This document shows positions 49,188 through 63,815 of a stretch of 64,000 bases of DNA, piece after piece (within the stretch, counting starts at the first letter, position 1; every line of letters starts with the position of its first letter). The position numbers and the translations under genes were made by a program. Source of the DNA: Hydrolagus colliei (taxonomy: Eukaryota); assembly GCA_035084275.1 (NCBI GenBank), contig CM068769.1, forward strand, positions 558,001 through 622,000. Direction: 5' to 3'. A model generated the notes under the pieces. The model was given only the letters and a program-made list of their open reading frames with translations, did no database searches and was not told the DNA's origin.

Positions 49188-51143
49188 CTGTAATAGAAAA
49201 TGAAGAGTAGGTCAATATATTATCCACTACTTGCCTCAATTATTTTTCCGTAGTTTGGGAAACTGACCCCACTTGAACGGTTCTATGAAAAAATCATTGA
49301 TTAAAAATGAAATAATTATTAATGTTGAATTATATGTAGCGTATTTTTACGAATTTGTATCGTCTGAATTTGCAGCAGGGAATATGCTGTCGAGTGAATT
49401 CCAAAGTATTATTGAGTAGGAAACACGGCAGCCAATTTTTTACAGCAATCAACCGTGGATTGAGTATTCAATTATTTTTCAAATTTGTTGAAGGGTTGAT
49501 TGCTCTAGGAAATCACAGCTGCCAATGGACTCAAAGTATTCGAGTGGACAATTTATTATTAATAATCTTTTTATACAGCGAATAAAGGAACCGTATTCCT
49601 ACTTACCGCTGGTAATCTTGCCTACAGTAACCCCCCCCCCCCCCCCCCTACCCAATAATCAAAATCAGTTTCCCTCGCTTGTGAGACGAGGACATTTATC
49701 ACTCGACTACATTTGTCCATTAATTGTTCAAGTTTAGTTGGCAATCCGCTAGGAACAGTATCTCAGCCAAACAGGACCTCATCTGAAATAAAGGTTGCCA
49801 GCATTAGACAGACAGCAAACATCCCCATTGTTGGTCTCCAGCCTCTGTGGTTATGTGTGAGGCCTCAGCTGGATGATACCGCACCATGCCTTGTCGACAT
49901 TGGTAGAGCCCATCCACTCACGTCATCTCATTGACTTCTCACACACTTTGTACACGAACAATGACCTAATGCTTTCACACAGCGCCAGCGGCTGGAGAGG
50001 GGAATCCTTACACTCTGATCCAAATTACAATGCAAAGCATAGCCTCAACGTGCAGGCTGGCCATGTTAGTAATATCATCACAATCCTTCCAGTTCTGATA
50101 GCGCCTTTTTTTGTGTGGTCCAGACATCACAAAATGCAGTGGGGTCAGTTACCTCTATGTTGTGAGCGGATTGCCAGACAATTGATGCACAGCAGTGTCT
50201 GGTGAACAATCATGGATCCAGCGTTGTCAACCAAATGGCCAGATTATCGCCATTGTGCTTCTTGAAGGAATTACTTCATGTGGAAATGGGTGTCCACCTA
50301 ACGCTAGATAAACAAACTTCTGTAGGGGACGGAAACTTGCCCAACAATTTCCCCTTCTGGAAATCGAACCCAGGATACTCAATTGCGGGTCAAGTGCTTT
50401 TTTAAACTACTATTGTGTAATAGGTTTTGCTTTGCTTGTTTCCCTCATGGGATCATCGATCTGATTGTTTGACTGTTAGATCATAGGTCAATGTGATGTT
50501 CACATCGTGTCTTTGTCTCCTATCCAACAGGAAAGCGCTGCTGCCAACTCTGTAGAGATACAAAATCCATTCCATTGGACACTATTCGTTTGCGTAGTAG
50601 TTTCTCACTGTTACCCAGGCTGTTGTTGTTGTACAGTATTGTACAGCGTTAAAGGAATATTAGCATATTGTCGACAACAGAATCGAATACATTTGTTTTA
50701 CCGAAGTGAGATCCATCAAATGGCAGCTGCTGTTTGGGAGACAAAATGAGTAATAAAAATGGACAGATAGATTATTTTTTGAAAGCAATAGGTTAGTCCT
50801 GCTTGAGAAATACTGGTAAATTTGTGACTGGATCAGATTATGAGCAAGAATGGTGATTGCCAGAGCATTGAACTGTTTCTTCAAGTCGTGGATCCACGTG
50901 TCCATGTCAGAAACAAGTGTGAATATTTTTGAATATTGTCCCAGTGAACTGATATGCAAAGCGACCACCAAAGTATGTTCCTTGCTGTTAATACAGAGGC
51001 GTGTGTATGAACGAACGGATGTTTTGTTCTGCCATGACTGAACCCAGGTGCTCTCACATGTAAGGCAACTGCTGTTACCACTGAGATTCAGGCCTCAGTC
51101 TGTGAGTTTGTGTATGGCAGAAACGCTGATCTGTGCCTTTGTG

Positions 51144-51830
51144 GGGCTCAGTGCACAGTAATACACAGCAGAATCTGGAAGTCTCACTTGGGATATAATT
51201 AATGGCACGGTTCTCTCCGCTTTATCCACCTTCGTTGAAAAACTTTCTTTTGGAAAATCTGCATGACGATGGTCTTTGCTTCTGGAGTGTATCTGAACGA
51301 TATATCCTGGAATTTGTTTGGGATAGAGACGACACCATATCAGGTAAGGATTGCTGTCGCTTGTCGTAAAATTACGCTGCAGATGCACATCTTCGCCTTC
51401 GTCCATTGCTACAGTTGATTGGGGCTGTGTTACACTATCTCCTACACACTGCCCCGGAAACCAGACACACTTGAACGTTCAGCAAAATAAGAACAATAAT
51501 AAAATTTGAACACGTGGATGTGGTGTCTCACTTCTTCTAGACCACTCAAACTCGCGGTTCAGTAAAAACAACAATGAGTGGGGGGTAAGTAAACTCGCCT
51601 CACGTATCACCTTGTTTGACCCGTGAATCGAACCCACATAATCACGCTTGTGAGGCGAATACTCTAACTTTTTACGTACAGGTCTCGACAAATCCATGAG
51701 TAATGACACGTATTGGTTACTTTGTACAAGAGAAGATGGGGTGGATAATATATATTGTCAGCAACATTCTATAATTCGTGTGTGTCTTACCTGACAAGGT
51801 ATTGAAGACTGATACCATGTACATTGCCAT
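51144..51830 (-). pseudogene. TCR V segment V10 (family A), pseudogene
   Basis: Leader 51830-51791. Acceptor mutated to TTTCCGG. First Cys changed to Arg (LQRNF). DSAVYYCALS retained. RSS CACAAAG/23/ACACAAACT. Confidence 0.87.
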
Positions 51831-53980
51831 ATGTATTTAATGCCCGGAGTGATAAGAGATTCATGATGCTGCAGTTGCAAATGTTGGTCGGGAAGCAGTG
51901 AGATGCTGTGAGGAGGGCTGAACAGTAAATTACTTACACAAGTTCCCATACACCGTGAAGGAGCAGGTCTGCGGTTTATGTGTAACAAGGTTTTCTATGT
52001 CATTAAGCGTCATTTGCTCTGCTCTGCCATCTCGCTCCTCCATTGGTTCTCCACCAACCCTGACATGTCTTTGATCAACCAGGTGTCTGACACATGCACC
52101 AACTTACTCCAATAATCTTGTTACAATTCGTCCAAACACATATATGATATTAACGCAATTGTACTTCCTGCGGATTCCTATATTTTAGTGGTGTCAACAC
52201 CCACCCCACAAGCAACGTGTCTGTGTTAGATTATTGCAGGGCGAATTCTTAGATAAGTTTCCTATCTCTACCCACACAATTCTATTTGCACTGCAATCAG
52301 TAGCATTTCGATTATTTCTCGATTGATCTGGTTGTGTTTCATTGTTAATAATCATTCATAAAATAAGCTATTGAATACAACACTGTTTGTGTGACATTTC
52401 TGTGCAGATTTGGTAGCCTGGTTTCGCCTGCAAATCGCCGAGTCACAATATTTTACAATGTAGTATGAAGCGATTAGTGATGTCTCAAGTTGGACATGGT
52501 ATTCAGTGGAATACACTGAGTGTATACACAAGGCTAGATAGTGAAGTAATCTGTGATGGTTTCACATTCCCTGGGACAGCTGGCGATTTGGTAAAGAGGT
52601 GAAACAATCCTTTGGGTGTGAGTTTGGTGGTGGTGGGGGGTTCAAAGCCAACGGGGAGGAGCCATGTGGCGTCAGCAGTTTCTCAGATGTCTCTGCCCCA
52701 GTTAGTTGAACTATCATTCGTGCCCCGTTTCCGCTCCAAGCTTCTGGGTTTGGGCAATAAACAAATGTTTCTAGCATAACTCGTGCGTGCAAGATAGGTT
52801 CTGTGTATTTTAATTCGCTGAATTCAGCTTCATATATTAACATCACCATTTGCAAACCGTGGCGATGAAGCATTGGGAAAACCATCCAGATACTTGTGAG
52901 TATTCAGATCAAACTGTGTTCTGTATTTATGACTGTATTTGCTAAAGCAGCTTATTAAGGAAGAGTCTCTAAGTGTTTGATTTGATGTAACATAAAGTCT
53001 ACCGATGGTGTATTTTGTACCAGAGAATTCCACATCACATCATCTTGCAAATATTAATGCATAGAAGGGCATCCACCAATCGATTATCAACCAGAATCCA
53101 ACTTGCTTCTCGGCAGAGAAACCCCAATCATGCTAATCATTGCTTTTTATATAGTGCTTTTGACATCATATTAACGTCCAAAAGCGCTTCTCAGTGTATA
53201 CCGTTAAGTGAAATGAACACAGAAGTTACTGGGAAACGCAGTAGGTTAGGAACATCAATGGAGAAAGGAAAATGAGTCGAGCTTTCGGGTCCACGATGCT
53301 TCGGCTGAATTTTGCAGTTTTGTTTGTTTGTATACAGTAAAGTGAATTGACTGCATATTTGTGGGCGAAACCCGGCAGCTGATTGAACACAGAAATGTCC
53401 CTCGAAGCGTCGTCGTTTGCAAATGACCAATATATATTATTTGTCGGCCGGATTATTATTGGGCAATTAGGACAAGGAAGTTTGCCCCAGGTATCTCCGT
53501 GTTCAGCCTAGTCTCACGCTTGTAAGGTGAGTGTTCTAACCGCAGAGCTCAAGGAGTAGTTGGAACTAATCACGTCTTCCACATGCTACTAAATCTGTAC
53601 TGGTTGTACAGTGATGTGGAATGACTGTGTATGTTTCCTGCTGAATGTAGCAGCCACACTTGCACAGCAGTGTCCCACAAACAGTCATCGACTGAAGAGG
53701 AACACTTTTTAAAATCAATAATTATTCCCACGAAAGCGATCCGCCATTCGATGAAAAACTGTATTCCTACTTAATGCTATGTAAATATATGTATGTGTTT
53801 GTATGTGTGTGTGTGTGTATGTGTATGTTTGTGTGTGGAGTAATGTAGCACGTCTAGTAGGTCGCCATGTGGCGAATGAAAATAAGGTCCGCTTGTTTAC
53901 GAGGCGAGTGATCTGAATGTTGAGCTACAGTAACCTCAGCATGTTTTTGTACAGGATCCTCTTAGACACGCAGCACTGTG

Positions 53981-54437
53981 CTCTCTGCTGCACAGAAGTA
54001 CGTGGCGGTATCTGTCACTCGCGCGTCTCTCATTGTCAGTGTGCTGTTCTTCTCTTTTCTATCAGCCAAAGCACTTATCCTCTCTTCCGCCTTGATCTCT
54101 CTGTTTCCCTTCACCAGCAAATGGATGGAGCCGTTTTCATACTGTTTGTACCATTGGAAGGCTGGGCTGAGCAGAGTCGTGTTGCAATCGATGGATACAT
54201 TTTCGTTTTCATTCGCTGTCAGTATCTGAGGCCTCTGTGACACTTCTCTTTCAGCCAGGACACCTGGGGAAAAGACATGGACATTCTTGGAAACAAATTC
54301 GGAAAATACCTAGAACAAAACTTGTCATTATTTAGTAGGAAAACAAGGATGCGTTTATCCAAACTTGCACTCAACTTACAGAAGAGCGAAATCATGAAAT
54401 TAAAAGTAATATGTGTTGCTTGGCAACTTGGCTTCAT
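53981..54437 (-). CDS. TCR alpha/delta V segment V11 (family B), apparently functional
   Basis: Leader 54437-54380 MKPSCQATHITFNFMISLF (GTAAGT). V exon 54263-53981 with C, W and C intact. RSS CACAGTG/23/ACAAAAACA. Confidence 0.92.
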
Positions 54438-55374
54438 TCTCAATCCTCGTCGTTTCATGTCAGAATCTCCGGGTGAAATGCAAGGAGACACCAGCTAACT
54501 GCTGATATACGTTCATGAATGTTTGTCGAGTGCCGCTAACTGTGTAGTTTGTAACTATACTTTGGGTGACGCCAGGACTGACGTCTCATTTCCTGTATGT
54601 TTGCTTGCGTGACATTCATTCCCCAATCGACTACAAGCAGCGTTCGTTTATTCCAGAAGATAGGAAGTGATTGCACTTTTCAATATAGTCTTGCAATCAC
54701 TTTGAATCAGTTGAATTACGTAATCTGTTGCTGCATCTCATGCAGCAACAGATTCACCCATAATTTATACAGTCAATTCACTTTACATTGTATTCTGTGA
54801 AGCGCTTTGGGACGCTGATAAGATGTGGAAAGCGCTATATCAAATGCAAGGATTATTATATTATATATTATATAAGCAAACATAGCTATTACTGTTCGTA
54901 ATATTATTATAGGTTCTAATTGGAATGTCTTATCGGAAGAACTTTCAAAAGGCATTTGATAAAGTGCCACATGAGAGACTTATTATGAAATTAAAGGCCA
55001 ATGGCGTAAAAGGGACAGTGGCAGCGTGGATCCACAACTGGCTGCGAGACAGAAAGCAGGGAGTTGTAGTGAGCGGCTGTTTTTCAGATTGGAGGGAAGT
55101 GAGCAGTGGTGTGCCACAGGGATCGGTTTTGGGACCATTGCTGTTTGTAATCTACATCAATGATCTGGACTTGGGTGTACGGAGTACAGTTTCCAAGGTT
55201 GCAGATGACACTAAGTTAGGGAGAATAGTAAACAGTGAGGAGGATAGTAGCCATCTGCAAGAGGATATAGACCAATTGGTAAAGTGGGCAGACACATGGC
55301 AGATGAAGTGTAATGCAGAGAAGTGTGAGGTGATGCATTTTGGGAGAAGAAATGTAGGGAGGCAATATAGGCTA

Positions 55375-57469
55375 CAGGGCCGTACGCAGGATTTTTTATG
55401 GGGGGGTGCGAATTGCTAGTGATGGGACCAACAATGGCCGGCGGCTTGGGGGCTGCCCCCGAAGCCCCCTCGAGGCTCCGACGTTTTACACAGTTTGAGG
55501 TCTTATTTAATCGGTTCAGAAGATCCAATATGAACGGTAAATGTTTCATGCCCTTGGTGTTTAAGAGCATCATTATTTATTCCGTGTTTTTATTTTCCCC
55601 GGTAGTCCGTGTCTAATTGGGAAGGTAGAATGTGTTCGCCGATAAAAGCCAACACGATTGTTGACTCGATGATGTAAGGAATGCGAACGATAAAGTAAAT
55701 TACAATCCAATTAACACAGTACAATGACGAATGCTTGATAAATGTATGCGTATAGAGAAAATGATCATAAACTACAGATTGACGGTAATTAATAAGTTGT
55801 TCTGCATTGTTATCCTAAGACTAAATTTCTTTCGGACTGTAATGAACAATAATGTAAGAGTAAAGTATGAATATTGTGCTCAGATATTCCAGCAAAGCAA
55901 ATTTTATAAAAGACAAGAAAATATACAGAAACTGAAAATCAGTGTCAAACAGTTAATTCACACGTGTTACAAGCCTGTTATCAGCATTATCCTGAAAATA
56001 TCGTTGAACTGTGAGCAATAGTGCAGTTAGTTTTTATTTATTTATTTAGAATCAAAATTAAAGGAAGTGACCCATCAAGCAATACTGATCTGACGAAAAA
56101 ATACTTGAAAAAATAAGGGAGGGGAAATTCATTATTTAATAGCGTTCCGTATTCGAGACGCCTCGGTCGCTTTGAAGCGAATACGTCAACCGCTCTACCA
56201 ATATCGATTTCCATATTATAATGAATGTGCATTAACGCGAGGGCTGAAAGTCGCTCCTATACGGAGCAGAATGCTGGACACTTAGGCAAACCTCGACCAG
56301 CAGATTAGGTGACTCGTGAGGTATATACCAGGCTTCTAAGAGACGCCCTGAACGTTTACTGGCGACAGCATCTGACGAATAGTGAGCTATATGGTACACT
56401 ACCACACTGGTATCACAGACATTACTGCAGAGGCGTCTTAGGTTTAGCGGACATAGCTGGAGAAGCCGGGAGGAAACTGTTCATAGTGCTATGGGCAATG
56501 CCAGAGTTCGCTCGATCAGCTTTTTTTATGCCAAATTCGTGCGACATTGATGTTTTTTCACTCTGGGTACAAAACTGAAAGTGAAATAAAGTAGCACTGT
56601 TTATCTTTGCGGTCATATGTTTTTTGCACGCCAGTGGACGTCTCTAAAAGCAATTTTTAATTACCGGAATACATTTTTAATAATATAAATCAAATGTGAT
56701 AATCAAGACAAAACAAGAAACGTGATGTTTCAGAAACACGCCTATCAAAACTTAAGTCATTTTTACTTACATTTATCAGATTAAAATACGATTTCAGCTT
56801 CCACAAAGTGGTGCTACCTTTTTATGTAGTGACTGTATACGGGATGATTTCCGATTGACACACCACGTGGAATAGGCGCTAAAGCATAGGTCTACGTCCA
56901 TGAGTATTTTTGTTAAAGATAGGCATTCCCGTCCAGACACATATAACTTTTTTGTTGGGTTCTCAAAAGCTTTAAGTTCTCAGAAGCTTGTAAAGATGTT
57001 GTCATTGTTTGCTAGCATTACAGTCACACCTCTCAAAACTTGAGTAATTTTTACTTACGGTGATCAGTTGAAAAGATGATTTAACTTCCAGTAGTGATGC
57101 TACCCTTGTGGCTGTTTACGGGATGATTTCCAAACGAGGATTTGAGTCTTGGCGCCTATGTTTATCCAATCACGAGTCACAGACTCGCCGCGTCATGGAC
57201 TGGTCTATCGACGCGGTATGTTTTGGGTAGACGCCGATTCTGGTGTGTGACTCGATAATTTTATATTGATACTAAATCATTCAAAGATGCGTGTTTATAA
57301 TTTATACATAGTTTTGAAGAACTGATTGTTACAGAAATGTTCAATAAATATACTTGTTATTTAAATTTGATAAAAAATACAATTCTCTACCCCGGAAAAT
57401 GTGGACCTTTTATAATTGGGGGGGGGGGGTGCGTACGCACCCGTCGCTCCCCCCCTGCGTACGGCCTTG
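55375..57469. mobile_element. Non-autonomous TIR DNA transposon, hAT-like ends
   Basis: 16-bp TIR CAGGGCCGTACGCAGG / CCTGCGTACGGCCTTG (1 mismatch), G-rich subterminal blocks and flanking GGCTA duplication. No transposase ORF seen. Confidence 0.8.
56300..56475 (+). mobile_element. RTE-like non-LTR retrotransposon fragment within the TIR element
   Basis: YTRLLRDALNVYWRQHLTNSELYG, then after a frameshift QRRLRFSGHSWRS. This is the conserved post-RT motif of RTE-type elements. Confidence 0.65.
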
Positions 57470-58883
57470 GGCTAGATAGTACAATTTTAAATGGTGTAAA
57501 GGAACAGAGAGACATGGGGATTTGTGTTAGTGACTCGTTGAAGGTGGCAGGCCAGGTAGACAAGGCTGTTAAGAAGGCATATGGGATACTATGCTTTATA
57601 AATAGGGGTATAGAGTACAAAAGTCAGGAAGTGCAGACTAACCTCTATAGGACTTTGTTGAGGCCTCAGCTGGAATACTGTGTTCAATTCTGGTCACCAC
57701 ACTACAGAAAGGATGCGAAGGCATTGGAAAGGGTACAACGAAGATTTACTAGGATGGTGCCAGGATTGAGGGACTTCAGCTATGAGGAGAGGCTAGATAG
57801 GCTAGGGTTATTCTCTCTGGAGCAGAGAAGATTGAGGGGAGACCTAATAGAGGTTTATAAGATCATGAGGGGTTTCGGCAGGGCAAATAGAGAAAAACTA
57901 TTTCCACTCGTGGGTGAATCTGTGACTCGTGGTCACAGATTTAAAATAGTTTCAAGGCGCAGTAGAGGGGAGCTGAGGAGAATTTTTTTCACTCAGCGAG
58001 TTGTTCGAATCTGGAATGCATTGCCTGAAAAGGTGGTGGAGGCTGATTCGATAACAACTTTTAAAAGGGAATTAGATCTTTATTTAGGGAGAACGGGTCT
58101 ATTAGGCTATGGGGAGCGGGCAGGGCAGTGAGATTGAATCGCTCTTTTCAAAGATCCGGCACAGACTAGATGGGCCGAATGGCCTCCTTTTGTGCCGTAA
58201 AATTCTATGATTCTATGATTCTATGAACTGTCCATATATGTATTTATTTAGCTATAAAAGTTACTTCCATGCATTATTATGTCAAGTCATTGAAGCGTCT
58301 CATAGGTCGACATAGATGTTACTCCCGAGGGCAGACACAGAATATTTGGCAATCTCAGTATTTAATTTGTGTAACACAATGTCCCACGATCACATGTGAA
58401 GTGACCGCACAATTGTGCTGGTACAATGTGTGCCAAAGCACCAGTAGAAACTCTGTTCACCCTGGAGCAAATCATTATTGCTTCTTGCTTCAAGTCACGT
58501 GAAACTCCCTTTCGTGTCTCCATAGATTGACAGCTTCTCCGACACTGCAGCCACCGCCAGGACAAGCGACCCACTAACTGGCTAACAGACAGGTTGCAAT
58601 GTACTGCTGTAACCTGCTGTAAACGTGTATTTTTATGCCGAGTATGGGACCATGCATAAGGATTTGGGACTCGGACTGAGAATCCAACTCAGGTCCACAC
58701 GGTTGCAAGGTGAATACTCAATCCACTGTCCTGCTGGACTCCTCAGACTCTGCACAACATCCCCTCTGTTGTACTCTTGTAATCACATAAAATTACTGAA
58801 AGCGCCAAGTTCAATGTGTGAGAGGAACTCATGACTATCTAGTGAGTTTTTGTACGAGGACTCTGCCCTTCTGTAACAGTGTG

Positions 58884-59181
58884 GGCTCCACGGCACAGAG
58901 ATACACGGCGCTGTCACTCACAACCACCCTGAGAATCTGCAAGTTAATTAGTTTCTTCCCCTTGTTCACCTCGGCAGTGAAACGGTCAGCAATTCCAATA
59001 GCTTTATCTACCTTTCCCGAGGCATATATCCTGAGGACATACTGAAGAGCTCCATCGGGATATTGCCTGTAGCAGAAGATAATGTCTATGCTTGAAACGT
59101 TCATTCTGATTGTCACGTTTTGTCCTTCAAGTTCTGTTATCTCAGGGGGGGTCTGGTATATGACACCACTCCCATTGGCCA
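58884..59181 (-). pseudogene. TCR V segment V12, open frame but lacks first Cys and Trp
   Basis: TTTTCCAG|TG ANGSGVIYQTPP...TIRMNVSSIDIIFCYRQ...DSAVYLCAVEP. RSS CACACTG/23/ACAAAAACT. No leader found. Confidence 0.8.
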
Positions 59182-62105
59182 CTGGAAAAACAATACATTT
59201 CTAATTAAAAATATGAGTCAATTCTCTTTACTCTGTATATTATGGAGAGCTTTTGCACGTCTAAAATGTCAATATGAAACGCAAGAGTTGCTGTTTTTAC
59301 TGTAAGTTTGCTGGGGAACGCTAAACGATCAATAGTGTTTTGGTGCTGATAGATTTTCTGTCTGTGTTTGTAAATGTTAGAACTGCTTATAAGTGCGAAG
59401 TTGTTCCATTCAACCTTTATCCTTGATTTTCTGTAGCTCGTGAAATAATTCATTAAAAGCTACTTCCAAGTTAAAAATACAGATCTCTTGGGTTTGTGTG
59501 TTTGCATTATCTCGTCTTGTCGCCGTCTCCAATCGCTTCAGTGATCTGAAGCTAATTTAAGGTATGTTCTGTTGGAGGAAACGTGGCATTCCACTGTGGG
59601 TAACCGTATCCCAAAGTCATTTGTGGATTGATCGATCAAACTAAAATCAGGTAAATATTATTTTTAGAAAGCGATTCGTTAATTAAATAACAACAATGAC
59701 AACATTAAACCCATGTGCGCAGCATGCATTGGTCATGTCCAAACATACTTACTGGTTAGAGTGAGAATTACTATCAGTAACTGGCAGTGGGTTGCCATGC
59801 TGGCTGCTGAGTTGTGGACAGATAATAGAGTCTCTTCATGTATAAATGGCTGCTTTGCTGCTTCAGTTGAATGTTGTGAGGCAGCGGTGGGTCTGACGTG
59901 TGCAGTGAGCTATTGTCTGCATATGTAGGCGTTGCCCACCAACCAGTGGATCTTGAACTTGATCCACCGCAACTTGGGACTTCCTCCCGACGTACGACTT
60001 TTGCTACACAGTGGTTAGAGCTGTCTGCTTATAAGCGTGAGGCATTTGTCTGAATCTAGGCACATGAGGGCAAAACCTTGGGCAAGTCTCCTTACTCCAC
60101 ACACACATAACTAATAATATTCCGTTCAAAAATACACAATAATAAAAATGGGTCTTTTCAAGCCACGACTGTTTGTGAGGACGATGCTTGGTGTGTGCAA
60201 TTGTCTACTGTGGTTTGCCCACAAATACACAGTCACTTGCTTGGCAGTATATTCTGTGAAACGCTTTGAGACGTCGAGAAAATGTGAAAAGCGCTAAATC
60301 AAATATAAATATTATTACTTGTAAATATGTAATGTTTTTTTTGCTGCTGTACCGGTGATTGGAAGCTGATGTATCTGGGAAAAGAATGGAGAGTGCACTT
60401 GCAGTTAGCACACAATCAAACTGATATAGATGAACGTAACTCACAAGTGAGCCGACTTGTGTTTGATTCCCAGGCAGGACGACACTTTGGGCAAATCTTC
60501 TTAATCTACACACGCAACTGCGTGTCGCTGACACTGAATCGGATCGTGTAAATTAGTATATTGGTGGATCGCGTTGATGTCGTCATCAACCCTTCAAAGA
60601 TAATTAATAATAATAATAGTGATTTTGAATTTCCTCCCCTGTCTGTTTTCGGGAACATGTAGCGTCCGCGGTGTTTCCAACACAAAATATACAGTTACTA
60701 ATTGATGCAGCAGATCGAGTGTTGTACTATCAATTGTCTTGGTGATGTGATAATACACTAAATCTAAATCACAAATTATAATTTTTTATAACTCAAGAGT
60801 GTAATCTGTAAGCACTTTGAGAAGTGTGGAAGATTCGAAACTGTATTCCCCTTTGTTGGGAATACATCTAAGCAAATAAGCTGTGAGCTATGATTTCTAA
60901 CATGAGAAAAATAGGCCAGTATTAAACGTGTTCCCAAATGAACCCAATAAAGAAAAACAGATTGCTGTTATCGAAATCTAACACCTTGATCAAACCAATA
61001 AGTTCCACGGAAGGGCGGATGCTTGTTTGTGAGAAGTACAACAAAAAAAATGGATACATTGTTCATTAGTCAACCGAAGCCTTGCGTTAATCAGGCTTTA
61101 GACAAACCTTTGTACTTTTCAGCTGAGCCAGCTAAAGTGTATAGCAGGGAAACAGTATCAACTGTAACAGGAAGCACCTGCTGTGGCTGCCAAGTAAGTT
61201 GTTTCAGAAAGCAACGTGGGAAGTTATGTCAGTTGCTGCTGATGTTATAGGTGTGTTTATATCCCCATCTGTTGGTTGATTGCAGCTAGAACACGTGTAC
61301 TGCAGAGACAAATGATTGCAAATTGATTTCTACCCACCATATCTGTCCTGTTCCTATCGTATCCTTTGGATATTTACACCTTATTCTCATTTCCCTGCTC
61401 GTTTCTCATATTGCCTATGACTTAATGGGACATTCGACTCCAACCTCATTCACAAGCTCGTATTGCGGCATGTCTCTGCTCGTATTGCGGCACAGACTAT
61501 TTAAGTTTTTTCCCTTGCACTTCTCTTGTATTTGGTAATGTTACATTTCGTAACCTTGACATTAAGAATTTACATTACTGAATCATAAGCTTTATATGCA
61601 TATACATTTGTATTACTTTTATACAGCGACTCTCGCATTGATGTCTCAAGGTGCTTTTCGCTAGAGGAAAAGTGACAACTAATCTGGGTACTTGTTAAAT
61701 ATAACCCTCTCTTCTCACTGTCCCATGGAACAACATTTATGGTGGTTGAAGGTGTGTTTTGCTTAAGCGTTGATTTAGTTTGTTCTAACTGCACACCCAG
61801 AAATCGGTTCAGCTATATGTTCGGCCGGATAAGTCGAGTGTTCTAACTACTGAGCTACAGGAGCTAATTATAATCGCATCAAAAGCGGGTTCACATTTAC
61901 AGCAAGTTAATCAGAGATGTGTGGATTAAGGAAACTTGCCAAACTACAAACACTTGTAATTAAATAGCGCCTTCTACGCATCTTAGAAAGATTCTCCCTC
62001 AAAAGGAATCGAACCCTGTTCCTACCGAGTTAAGTGCTGCAACCAATATGGCACATAACGCCACAAGGGTTTTTGTACGGGTGTCTCGGTGATGCCTTCG
62101 CTGTG

Positions 62106-62400
62106 GGCCTCATTGCACAAACATGGGCAGCGGTGTCGCTGAGCTGGAGGTTGTCGATCTTGAACTGGAAATGTTTCTTAGAGGAATCCATCAGGGCAGA
62201 GAAGCGTTCCTAACTGATATTCTTCCCGTAGGAATGCCTTTGGATGAGGAAAGCGGGCCCTTCACTGCGGCGCTGGCGGTAAAGCAGCACTGAGATGCTG
62301 TCACTAGTCGTGGAGACATTACAGCTGATAGTCAGTGAGGCGCCTTCGAAACGCCAGGCTGCTTTCGGGCTCTGCCTCACCGAATCTCCATCACGGATTC
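62106..62400 (-). pseudogene. TCR V segment V13, pseudogene
   Basis: CTGTAG|GA IRDGDSVRQSP...ISC...VLLYRQ (Trp to Leu). TAG at 62212-62210. DTAAHVCAMR. RSS CACAGCG/22/ACAAAAACC. Confidence 0.87.
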
Positions 62401-63624
62401 CTACAGGAAACAATTGTGTAATTCAGTGTTGAAACGATTAATACTAAGTTAGAAAACAAACGCTATTATGGGCCACATTTCATAGAGTATATGTCGTTCC
62501 TGTAGCTCACAGGTTGGAGCACTCGCCTTACAAACGTGAGACCTTTGTTCACATGCAGGCAGATCAGGAAGAGACTTTGGGCGAGTTTCCTTACTCCACA
62601 TGCGCGACTAATAATAATCCCTCCGAAAAAACACAATATTGTGAGGAAATCTGGTCATTTGCAACGCACGACTGTTTGTGGGAACGCTGCTGTGTGCAAT
62701 TGGCTGCCACGTTTCGCCAACAACTATAAAGTCAATTCACTCTAATGTATAATCTGTGAAGCGCTTCGAGCCGCCGATAAGAGGTGAAAAGCGCTACATC
62801 AAATCAACGGATATAATTACTGTATACTATGACACACTTTGAGACGCTTTTAGAATGTCTTCACCCACGGGGATATTTTGTTCTACAAGATGAATGTCTG
62901 TAAGAATTTGTCAGTCATTTGAAAATTAAATTGCATCGTCCTTCAAATGAAAACGTCTACTAATAATCATCCTTAAAATTTATATAGCGCTTTGCACGTT
63001 TTCTAGACGTCATTAAGCTCTTCACAGAATATATTTTAAAGTGAATTAACTGCAGATTTGTGGGTAAATGTTGACAGCGAATTGGGCCCAGCAATGTTAA
63101 AGTGAGCAGGGTTAAAGGAGACTCTGTTTAGAGATGACCCGTGGTACTAGCGTTGACTGGATGGATGTCGGTAATGATATCTAGATTAATTAACCATGTA
63201 GTGAGAATGCGATGGCTGCGGAGAGCAAATATCCCAACTGCATTGCGTTCAGACACCACAATCAGCGTTTATGTCTCTGCTACTCTTGACACCGTGTGAC
63301 ACTGATGCCAAAGGTATAGCTGAGAATCTTTTGTGATGTTGTCTCTTATCTGTGCGTCAATATCTCGTACCTCGAGCTGCTGTGGGCGTGCAGGACTGCT
63401 CCTTTCAGATTCAGGCTTAATCGTGTACATTTGCTCCTGAGTATACACACCCACAAATTACACAGTCAATTCACTTTACAGTATAGTCATTGAGAAATAT
63501 TAATGGTAAGGCGATTGATCAGATGGAAGCATCATTATAATAACGAATTATTTCATCATCAAACGCTCTCGCCTTCAGTCTACATTACAAACTTGAAACT
63601 TTATATGATCTTATCTTCATTGTA

Positions 63625-63815
63625 ATATTTGTGCGTGTTCCTGTTTGATGTGCTGAGGGTGTATTCTGGGGGTTTGTAGGGGTATTGGCGGTAGCAAAAC
63701 AAATATGGATCGTCGCTTATTTTCACTGTATAATTGCACTGCAGATACACATTCTCCCCTTCATTCACTGTCACAGTCGCTGGGAGCTGTGTCACCGAGT
63801 CTCCTCCACAATGCC
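63625..63815 (-). pseudogene. TCR V segment V14 (family A), 3'-truncated
   Basis: GHCGGDSVTQLPATV...LQCNY...YLFCYRQYP. Homology stops after CDR2, with no FR3 or RSS. Confidence 0.85.

Larger units (their letters stand above)
54925..58225 (+). mobile_element. CR1 LINE (54925-55374 + 57470-58225) split by a 2.1-kb insert
   Basis: RT motifs FQKAFDKVPH, VPQGSVLGPLLF and VADDTKL on the left. The continuation GCTAGATAGT... is collinear with the copy at 773-1593. (ATTCTATG)3 tail. Confidence 0.92.

Noticed and set aside
58480-58560. GGAGAAGCTGTCAAT, resembling family C FR1
   Set aside because: The similarity is only about 15 nt, with no Cys, WYRQ or RSS in register.
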